DNA from: Gonapodya sp. JEL0774
Taxonomy: Eukaryota
Direction: 5' to 3'
Assembly: GCA_027604505.1 (NCBI GenBank)
Contig: JADIIX010000004.1
Span: 248,001 to 312,000, forward strand
Length of the DNA stretch: 64,000 nucleotides
The notes under the pieces are model-generated. The model saw only the letters and a list, made by a program, of their open reading frames with translations, ran no database searches and was not told the origin of the DNA. This document shows positions 25,182-35,591 of this stretch, piece after piece. The stretch's first letter is position 1, and every line of letters starts with the position of its first letter. The translations under genes were made by a program, and so were the position numbers.

Positions 25182-26702
25182 TTACAATTTTCCGGCGGCC
25201 TTTCTGAGAACTGCAACACCACCGTTGATGACAACCAAGTTCCTCTCAACCACTCTTACTTGGAATGCAATGAGGAATTTGTCACCCTCATCTTTGACCT
25301 TCCACATGTCCGTGCGGAGAGTCTCACCGGGGAACACCGGTGCCGAGAAACGACCACGAATGGAGACGAACCGGGCTACATCGTTGTTTACCCATGCGGA
25401 GACTATAGCGCGTGCGGCGTGCCCGTACTGTACATATACACGGAATTTCGAGTTCCTAGCAGGCAAAAAAAAATCATTGAGTACTATGCTCACCGTGCAG
25501 AGACCATGCAGGATCGGGTCTTTGAATCCAGTACTGCGAGCAACAGCGCCGTCAGCATGCAGAGGGTTCTGAGCAGAGAGGACACAATTTGTTTTCGATC
25601 AGCATATTTTTAGTTCTGGAATTGCAAATGAGGACCAGATCACCACTTACAAAGTCGCCAGACAGGCTGAAAACCGTGATGTGTAAGAATGTTTTGGAGA
25701 GTAGGTGAGAGGTCTCCGGACACAATGATCGGTTTCCTCTTACCGGTAGAGAAGTGCTTGACCGGGCGAGGTACTGTAAGTCACCGATTTTTCTGGCGGA
25801 GTCATGGGAGCAGGAATGTCGAGAGGGTTCTTGGGACGCTTTGGGCCTCCGAAGCCGCCTGCGCCGATGATGAAACCGGAGGAAATCTGTAAAACAAATC
25901 ACGTTTAATCACGCATTCAACGCTGGTACTGCCATTCACCGCACCATCTTAGCGACAGGTTGCCCCTTGTTGTCGTACAAGACCGACGTGCTCTCGGTGA
26001 TGGCACCTTTGCCACCATCCCAAATGCCAGTGAGCTTGCTCTTGACAACAAAGTCCTTGGCCTCAAGGGGAATGGGCTTAAGGAGCTCGAAGGACTGGTC
26101 GCCGTGGACTTTGGAAAGAAACAAGCCCGGTGTTGATTTATTGGAGATTCCAGGATCGCAACATGGCTCGATGGCAAACCCACCTCCTTTGCTCGGGTCG
26201 TACACTTTCAGGCCCGGAATAGGCGGCGGGGAAGCGGTCTGACTTGCATCTGAGTGATTGAATTCATAAGATCGCTAAGTAGTGTCGATTTGCTGAAAAC
26301 ATCGCACTTACTGAAATCAATCACATCCTGAGATGTTCCACGGAACGACAGCACAAGCGGGTAGGTAGGGAACGCCGAGAAGTTCTTGTCTGAGGAGATA
26401 GTTTTTACAACCGAATCAAACTTCCCCATCCAGAAGCGCGAAGATCCAAATCGTTGGCTCGATGCACACGGCCCCTCAAAACTCACCAAGCTCGTAAACA
26501 AACTGCAGTTCAGAACATCCTATTCCAGCCGCGTAGATGATGAGATCCCGTCGGTTGTAAGCGACTGAAAGGTTTTTATCGGTGAGTGATTGTGCCGAAG
26601 GACGAACGGAAGCGCCGAGCCGTTTCACTGATGACGATTCTGAGAGTGATGCGAACCTTTCTGAATCTTTTCTACTTCGTTCGAGAGATCGACAGCGGAC
26701 AT
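25182..26702 (-). CDS. MaoC-like (hot-dog fold) enoyl-CoA hydratase 2, probably peroxisomal
   Basis: AYNRRDLIIYAAGIG, KVHGDQSFELLKPIP, YRLSGDF...LHADG...GFKDPILHGLCTYG and RFSAPVFPGETL; ends -GKL (PTS1-like). Confidence 0.88.
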
Positions 26703-26914
26703 GTTTCTTGGCGGTATGCGGGAGTATGGAGAGTGGTTTTGCAGCGAGCTTTCGGAATAATGAAGATGTCACCCGTAGCAGTTGTCTTCCCTGACCACCA
26801 CACCAATTGATCACCCGATTCAATACATTCCAAACACAAAAACGATATAAAAAATTTGAAAACACAAATATTTCTCATATTATATAACGGTTAGCAAACT
26901 CCGCCTCACACCAC

Positions 26915-29900
26915 TCAATTGCCCACCGCCACCGTTTTCCCCGCCTTGGCCAACGGGGGTAACATCCCCGTGACCGCCGTCCCCGCCGGCACCGTTCCCC
27001 TCCCCTCCTCTCCAAACCTCACCTTTGGTCCCCCGTCCCCGCCCCCTCCCCCTCCCGACCTGATCTCCTCCACCTCCAAGTCTCGATCCCGGGCCCGCCG
27101 TCGATCCTCCTCGTCAAACGAGGACAGCAGGTGAGGGGCTACGGTGAGTGGGCGGAGACCGAGTTCTTCGAGGGGCACGTTGTGCTCGGTGAGTTTCGCT
27201 TCGAAGGTGCGGAGGAGGTCGTTGTGGGCCTGGGGAATCGGGACCAGGACGGGGGTTGGCACCCGTAATGTGGTACAGACTTAACACACAATGGGACCAC
27301 CACGATCACATCCCAATCCATCAATCTCCACATTCCGAGCCGATCCATGTACTCTCATCGAGCACCACACCACACCACGCCGTACATCCACACCCTCACC
27401 CGGGCACCCTGGCACCAAACCCACCTTGGTCACCCTGGCCAGCTCAAACTGCAAATCCCTCATGACGGCATTCTTCGATTCGACCACCTCGTCCAACTTT
27501 TTTGACAAACGAACCGCCGCGGCCGGGTCGACGTTTCCCGCGCGGAGCACCTCGGTGAGTTGGAGGTCGCGCTTCTCGAGTGAGGTGCGGAGCGTGCCGA
27601 GCTTTTGTTCGAGGAGCTGGGGAGAGGGAAGACGGGTGGTGGGGGTTGGTTCGGGTGAGTGAGGCGGAGGTGGGAGTACAAATGTGTCAATGTGGCATCG
27701 TGCGCCACGCAGCTCTCGACCCACCCCCCACAACACACAACACACAAAGCACCGTCCCCTCCACTCACCATATTCTTCAACCCCGCCTTCTGCTGCACCC
27801 CCACGACCCTCTTCACAAACTCCCCGTACACGCCGTCCCTCTCCCCCTCTGCCCTGGCACACTTCTGTCTGGCCACCTCACACTCCCACCGCCACCTCTT
27901 TGCTTCCTCCTCGAGCGCTTTCATCCGTGTCTTTGCCGCCGTGAGCGACTGCTTGTCCTTGTGGTAGCTGGCCAGTTCCCGGCGGAGGGCGTCCCCCTGG
28001 GCGAGGGCGGCTTGGAGGGGTTCCGTGAGACGCTTGTTCTCGAGGGAAATGTCGGACATGAGCTTTTCGTTGCGTTCTTCTTTTTTCTTCATTTCTTCGA
28101 CTTGTTCCTGGGGGGTTGGGAGTGGGAGTGGCAAGACGGACGTGTGGACGTGGGGAGGGGAGAGGGGACAGAAGACAGTGGTTCGTAAAGAAGATTGAAG
28201 GATCCTAGGTGTAGGAAACTGTCCCTTCTCCGTCCTTTCCGTCCTTGAGCTTTTTGCACACCAACCCCCCATCCAAAGCCACCTCACCCCCTCCCCACCC
28301 CCCCTCCCCCGCCGCCCCCACCCACGCCAATCCCGCCCAATCCCACCCCACCCCCGCCCCCAACCCACCTTCAACGAATTAATCAACGCCAAATTATTCA
28401 ACGTGATATCGTTGTAATAGTTCTTAATCTCCGCGAACTGCCTCTCGTGCATCTTCACCATGGCGACCACCTGCCCGTTCTTCCGCTCCTCAATCTCATG
28501 GACCTCGGCCTTGCGGCGCACCTCCATCTCGTCTCTGACCGCCTTCGCGCGCCTCTCGTACTTGGCCACCATCTCGCCGGCCCTTCGCTCGTAGTCTGCT
28601 CGGAGGGCCGATATCTCCGCGTCGTGGTCCCGCCGGAGGGAGCGGACGGACTCGGCGTGGGAGGTTTCGAGGGACCGGTGGGCAAGGCGGAGGTGGCGTT
28701 TGTCGGCGTGGAGGTGGGACAGGGAGGCCGTGTGTTGGGCAGAGGTGGTGTCGAGGTGGTGGAGGTGGGAGGTTTGGAGGTGGGCCAGGCTGGTTTGGTA
28801 CTCGTAGAGGAGGTGCTTGACTTTTTGTTTGTAGAGCTGGAGGGGGAGGGGGGGGGGGGGGGGGGNNNNNNNNNNNNNNNNNNNNNNNNNNNNNNNNNNN
28901 NNNNNNNNNNNNNNNNNNNNNNNNNNNNNNNNNNNNTAGGAGTTGGAGGGGGTTGCGAGGGCACACGAACAGGTTCATAGTTCCTCTGCGAGACTCCAGA
29001 GCGACATGTCGCACGACCTTCCCGTTCGCCCTTCATTCGTACACTGGGATGTCCACGGTCCCGCACCACGGTGTGTTTCCACCCGTTTAGTGTTGGTAAC
29101 GGTATGCACAACACCGGCACATCGGCACACTCCGCATTTCATACCAGCACACACACACACACACAAACTCCATTCCCTTTCCCCACCCCAACCCTCCCTC
29201 AAGCTGCCCATCGGCCCCAAGCCCCCCCCCCCCCCCCACCCGGAAACACCGGCCCCCCCCAACACCCCATACCCACCTTCACCTCCTCTGCCCACCTCTC
29301 CTCCGCCTCTTCCTTGTCCCTGTCCCTGTCCTCTGCGGCAACGCGGGCCGTTTCAAGGTCGGCGAGGGCGAGGTGGAGGAAGTGGTGGAGTTTGTCCTTC
29401 GTGAGGGGGGGGTGGGGGAGGGGATGGGGAGTGGAGAAGACCGGAGGGTGAGAAGAGGGATAAGGAGGGTACGGTAGGCGAGCGCGAGTGCCTACGGGGA
29501 CACGATTGAGCAGAAGGAGGAGTGCACGACCGTATCCGTCCGCAAAGCGACACGTTTATCGCCAGTGCACTTTCAGACCATGTCCAGGACCGTGTCCGTC
29601 CATCTAGGATAACATTCCTCGCAAACGCACTATTTAGACCACGTCCAGGACCATGTCCGTCCACCAAGTGACACGTTCATCGCCAGTGCACAAAGGTCCA
29701 TGAAGCCAAAGGGTAAGTTGGTTCAACGGGCCATCCCATCCGGCTAATACGGATCGCTCTTGCTCCGCACGGGGTGGCAAAGCCCGCACCAACGCGCTGT
29801 CCTTGGAAGACGCTGGGGCGGGTGCCTCACCTTTTCAATCTGGAAGAAGTTCCTCTGCTCCCTCTCTTCGTCTGCGATCTTCTTTGCCTTTGCAATCTCT

Positions 29901-30188
29901 GCGATGAGGACATCTCTTGAGAATTCCTGGGCGGGAAGAGCAGGGTTTGCATTCTGGGCAGGAGCGGAGGATTGGGCAGGGGGATTGGAAGGGGCGGAGT
30001 TGGGCTTTGACTTGGTGGACTTTGCGGATTGGGGTTTGGGGGCCGAGGCAGAGTTGGGTTTTGAATTTGGTTTCGAAGGAGGTTTAGAGGACTGGGAGAA
30101 GGGGGAGAAGGGGGAGTGGGGGGAGGGGCAGAGGGGGAGAGGGGAGTCAGCGAGTGGACAGCGGACCCGAGTGGGAGACACAGACCAT
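26915..30188 (-). CDS. GAS8: Growth arrest-specific 8 / dynein regulatory complex subunit 4
   Basis: DEEREQRNFFQIEK|DK, LYKQKVKHLLYEYQ, EIKNYYNDITLNNLALINSLK, QQKAGLKNMLLEQK and [24 protein letters not shown]. The first exon appears to be ATG only (30186-30188). Confidence 0.92.
28866..28935. other. Assembly gap (70 N) next to a poly-G run inside a GAS8 intron
   Basis: Run of n characters. Confidence 1.
29528..29692. repeat. ~60-bp minisatellite (~2.7 units) in a GAS8 intron
   Basis: GACC(G/A)T(A/G)TCCGTCC recurs at ~29528, ~29588 and ~29649. Units 1 and 3 share GACACGTT(T/C)ATCGCCAGTGCAC. Confidence 0.75.
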
Positions 30189-30662
30189 TGCAGGCCACAG
30201 GAGGGGCGGACTGTGGGAGACAGTGGACTCAGGAGGCGCACAGTGTGGGAGACACTCTAATGCTGTGGCTGTCTCTCTCTCTCTCTGTGCTGATCGATGG
30301 GAGACACGGACTAACCCTTCCACGCACCCTGCACTCAGCTCGACCACAGCACTCCGCTGTCTTCGCATCATCAACCACCTCCGCCCGCACATCCACGTAT
30401 TGTCCATGTTATATATAATACCATCTATAAATGAGCATAAAGACTGTTTTGAATGATGTACACAACGGAGAGAACTGGAACTGACCAAAAGCCTCAAGCA
30501 AATTAATCGCAAGCGTTGGAGACGTAGCGTGATCATATATAAACAGGAAACCCCCCCAAACGAGATTCCCCAGATTCCGCGCCAAAAAAACCCTCAACCT
30601 CGACCAACCAACCTACCAAGATCCTCTCCGCCGCTCGCTCGATCCCCGCGCATCCTCATAAT

Positions 30663-33600
30663 TTACACCGTCAAACCACGCGGCCCAAACCCCCAACTCG
30701 GCTCGTCGCCTTCCCCCTCACCCTCACCCTCCCCCACCATCTCCCTCTCCGTCTTAGCTCCCCCCACCCCACCCCCATTCACCACCAACCCCACCCCCAC
30801 CCCACCACGCAGCACCACCCTCCACCCCGCCTTCCCCTTTTCCCTCGCGCTCCTCCTATTACTCGCGAACCTCTCGCTCAGATCCGGCAAGTTCGCCACG
30901 TCCTCTTCCACTCCCAGATCTCGGTCCGCCTGCGCCACCACCCCGAGCACTCCCGCCCGACGAATACTGTCTCGGGACAGAGTCGATTTGTGGATCGACG
31001 GGTCCACCGAGCTCGAAGAACGGTGCGTCGGGTAGATTGGGTCAGGGAACGTCGAGGGGGAAGGGGACGTGGACGGGTCCTGGTGTTCGTCGTGGGGTTG
31101 GTCGGGTTCGCCAAGGCCTGCCGGTTGTTGGTCGTGGGCGTGATCAACAAGGGCAAGGCCGGGGTCAGGGGTCAGGTCACCCGTGGCCATTCGCGACATG
31201 GACAGGGACAGTGGGGAGTCGGGGGACGTCAAGCCTTCTCCAACAATGTGCGCGGCACCTGCACCTGCATCTGCTCCTACGCTATCCGACTCCCCGACCG
31301 TCACGGAGGCGACCGACGAGTCCACGACCACAGTGAGCCCACCATCCGGGACCTGGTCCAGGTCCAGGTCCGCGTACGACGAGTGCACATCCTCCTCCGC
31401 CCCGGCCCCGATCCCGGCCCCCGCGTCCACATCGTCCGCTGATATCGGCGGCAGAGACAGCGGCGACGCGGGGCCGGTGACCGAGACCGGCGATTGCATG
31501 GACGACACGATCGACGAGTCCGAGCTGTGCGGCGTGAGAGAACCGTGTGTCACTGTTGGGGTCGGTGAACCGTGACCAGAACCGTGCCCGTGGCTCAGCG
31601 CAGCAGCCCCGCCCGAAGACCGTGTTTGCAACGACGACTCGGAACTCTGTGCAGCGAGTCGACCACGCTGGATGATTGAGGATGGGGCCTTCCCGGACAA
31701 GGAAGAGATGGAGGGGTCCGATCCGTGGGGGGTGAGTCTGCCGCGGGGGAGTGAGGAGGGAGGAGATCTGGGCTTGACGGACGGGGACACCGGCGCCGTG
31801 GACGAGGAGAATGAGGATGACGAGGACGACGAGGAAGACGTGATCGCGGCGTGGGCAAGGAGGTGGAGCGGGAGCGGGGACGGTGGCCGCGGAGAAGGTG
31901 TCGGGGTCGGGGGGGACACCGCAGCCGTACCCGACGACTTTGTCGACGACAGGGATCCTTGCGAGAGGGGAACAATCTTCCTCGACGGTGCGCGTTGCGG
32001 AACGGGCACGGTGTAGGCAGGGGTCGGCGTCCACTGGGGATCGGCCTTGGTGTGCGCGTCCACGTTGAGTTGCCGGAGGTACTCCAAGTAGCCGGCCGGA
32101 GTGTACTGAAATGAAAGAGAGACCGCACTCGTCAGAACCAACCGCGTCTTGTGAACCGAAAAAAAACGCCACAAACGACAACCGGCACACGGCACGCTGT
32201 GGAACGCTTCCATCATCCCCACACACCCCACACCCCCGCCCGACCCCCACCTTGACGATCCAGGGATGACGCAACAACTCATGTGCAGACAAGCGGTGGT
32301 CCGGGTACGTGCTCATGCACTTGCGGACAAAGTCCTTGGCGAGGTTGGAGATGGGGTCCCAGGCGGGTGAGTCGAAGTTGTAGTCACCGCGCACCACGCG
32401 GTCCGTGAGCGTGGCGTGGTCGGGGGCGTCGACAAAGGGACCGTAGCCTACGAAGAGTGAGTCTGGGGTGTGACCGGTGATGGAAAGGGGAAGGACGTGC
32501 GATCAGGATCAGGTGAGCAAATGGGGTCACCCACGTTGCGTGCCAACCAACAGTAATCAAGCGACCAACGAACGCACACGTCACGGTCCCCAACGCGTAG
32601 ATGTCCACTTTGGTATCATACGGCTGCCTCATGAGCACTTCTGGCGCCGTATACCCAGGCGATCCGCACACCGTACTCAACATGTTGCGGTTGGTGTCGA
32701 TGACCTGGGCGATGCCAAAGTCCACGATGGTCAGCGGGGCGTCTGGTCGATCGGTTTTGAAAAGGAGGTTCTCGGGTTTGATGTCCCGGTGCACGATTCC
32801 CAAGTCGTGGAGATACGCGAGGGCGTTGCAGACCTTGTGGAAAGGGAGACAATAGGGTTCGTAGGGTTGGGATCGGAGGGCGTTTTACAAGAAAAGGGGG
32901 GGGGGGAGGGAGGGCAAGGAGTGACTCACCGTCGCGATAATCACCGCAGCTTCCCGCTCCGTGAAAGAGTTTGTTTTATGTATGTTCACAATTTTGTCAA
33001 AGAGTTCGCCGCCAGTCGCTGTGTGAGAAGAAGGGAATGAGGTATCTCAACGAGAGCGGTGGTCGCATAATGAGGGCGAATCATGCTCACCCAATTCGAA
33101 AATCATGTAAAATGCGTCAGAAGTCTCGAAAAAATCGAAGATGGATATGATGTTTTCGTGGCTGGCAAAACCGGCAAAACCGTGTTCAACAAATGAACCG
33201 GAACTTGAGGTGCACTCTTGTGCTTCCGTCGAACCCACCTTATGTTTCTCAAAACTGACACTTCTTTGTAGACCATCTCTTCAAATTTGAAGCTGAGAGG
33301 ATACCAAGATCGACATACGATGATTCCCACGAATTTAATAGAAGACATTCCCCAAGCGCGAAGCGGCCAAAACCACCACCACCACAAAACTCACTGCTTC
33401 AAATGGCGTTTTTGAATTATTTTTGCAGCGTATTTCTTTCCGGTGGGAATGTGGGTGCATCTCTTTACGACTCCATATGTTCCCTCCCCTGAATGAATTC
33501 AATCCGGACACATGTTCGGGCAGCTTCACGACACGGGCAAGGGGAGCACCACGAAGCTTACCGAGCGACGATTCGATCCTGTATTCGTCCCTTTTTGTGC

Positions 33601-33793
33601 GCACTGGTGGTGGTGCGGGTGATGGGTCAACCTTTGGTTGGGGATCGGGAACTCTCAACGTCACCATTCTGGGAGGTTTCGACAGGTCTTGGACGAGAGA
33701 CCGCGGACGCTCATTTGATGATCGTTTGGGTGAAGGTTTCCGTTTGCGCTGAAAGACTGTCTTGAGAATGGCGAAACAGTTCATCACCGTCAT
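30663..33793 (-). CDS. CaMK-family Ser/Thr protein kinase (CMK1/2-like) with a long Ser/Pro-rich C-terminal region
   Basis: GGGTYGVVK, YAAKII, ATGGELFDKI, HRDIKPENLLF, DFGIAQ, CGSPGYTAPEVL and FDSPAWDPISNLAKDFV. Confidence 0.88.
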
Positions 33794-34334
33794 GCGTCCC
33801 GTGGGAGGTCGGAAGAGAGCGCGGGCAAGAATCCAGTCGCGTTTTGTTGGGAGAACTGATGGAGACTGAAAGCGGCGAAGAAAGACAACTTGCTGAGGGT
33901 GAGCGAGTTTGAATCGCAACAGGCAAAGCAAAGGAAGGTTGTCAGTCAACCAATATATTATTGGTCACCGGGGTGTGTATATTTGAAAAGCAAACGCACA
34001 AACAGGCACCAGCGGACCTGTCACTTCACTAAAAAAAACCTGCAGAAAAATAATGGATAGCTTTGCTGATGATTTAATGGCACAAGAATGATACAAGAAC
34101 AAAATGAATGTGAGCTTTCCGCTGTCTGAAACCTGCAAACCCGCGGCAGCATGCAATTCGCCAAAATTTGTGACCCAAAATGTCTTTGTGACCATCAGAA
34201 TCGGCCAGAGGATACTCAACAGCTAATAATTGTCGTCCAGTGAAAGGGTTCAAACCATACCATTAATTCGAATTCACATTCTGATCATCTCTCACCACTC
34301 TCAATAAAACTATCACCAGACATACTTTCCAACA

Positions 34335-35299
34335 ATGGGTGATCCGTCTCAGCCAGTCATCCTCATCAGTGAAGTCGCCAGTGGACTCGGTCTCGCCTGT
34401 ACCGAAGGTGAGTCCGATTACACGGCATTCGAGAGGTGGTGCTCCCCGGGATCTACGGACGATTTTACGGATTTCGCTTGTGAGGGTATCTGCAAGACAA
34501 GGTGCTTTTGGGCTGGATATGTCTGTGCGACAACAGATGATGTCGGTTCGGAACATCCCTCGTTCCGACAGTTGTCACTTGCTCGTTCAAAACTTTACTG
34601 AGACACGTGCGACGGTCAGTCGCAATCCGCCAGTTCAAGTACAACGTCGTCGGAATCTCGCCTGATGCGTCTGCTGGTCTTCAACCGCTCCTCAACTCAT
34701 CCAGTCTGCACTTCGTTCAGGGGGAAGTATCAGACACTTCAGTACACCAGGAAGCGATTGAAATAGCAATGGATGAGGTAAGTGTGAGGAAATTTTCAAT
34801 CATCTCCTCTGTTGAATGCCTTTCAATACATAAATCGAATATTCGTGATACAAGTGGGGCCACATTGACGCAGTTGTGCTTATTCCTGATGGAAACTCAG
34901 CTTCGCTGAAGGAGTTGTTATCGTCACTCCTCGAGAAAGTGAGATGCAGTTTGGAACATGAATCGCGCCTGTCGATACTTGGAAAATGAACGAACTTTCC
35001 CGTCCACAACCCTCAAGCTTGAGAATTCACAGTTGCCGGACAACACTGGTCGAATCATCATCATCTCCGAAGGGCTTGAGCAGGACTTGAAGTGTGAGTA
35101 CCAGCCAGGTCATCCACTTTGTGGTGACATCATTTTGAGGAATGCTCTCGTCGTCATTTTAGCACATGTCGAGTCTATCACTTCGTCCAACCCGAAACTT
35201 GTGCACGCCTTTGTAAGCAAGAATGGGAGTCACGCTCATGTTGCAAAAGCAATCGTAGAAATGGCAGCAGGTGGTCTCAAGAAGAGGGGAAATTTGTGA
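34335..35299 (+). CDS. Short, degenerate SDR/Rossmann-fold-like protein
   Basis: VILISEVASGLGLAC resembles TGxxSGIG, and FVQGEVSD, EWGHIDAVVL and GRIIIIS follow the SDR N-terminal order. No YxxxK is visible. The introns splice in frame. Confidence 0.55.
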
Positions 35300-35591
35300 G
35301 GCATAGAAAATGGGACAACGATGAAACCCCCATGATAATAGTAGTACTATATAGCGCCGATACACGGTAAATTTTAACGTGGACAATCTGAATCATTCGC
35401 ATGGTGAATTTCTCTGCGGAATTATATTCTTGAACTATTAGGATCCGACAACGGGTGCTCGGTGATATCCTCCGAAACTTATTTGAGCATCATCATAAAC
35501 TCCACCATTCACCTGAACTATTCTCAACGTCAATTTCGGACCTCTCGCCCTCTTCTCCAATCGCTTCTCGACGTCCCCGTTTTGGAACAAA

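Noticed and set aside
29528..29692. Repeat-spacer-like pattern resembling a mini CRISPR array
   Set aside because: The 'spacers' 1 and 3 are homologous, there are fewer than three full units, it is intronic in a eukaryotic gene and no cas genes are present. It is a minisatellite.
27256..33040. Numerous long + strand and alternative-frame ORFs in the GC-rich island
   Set aside because: These are shadow ORFs expected from high GC, overlapping the well-supported GAS8 and kinase genes.
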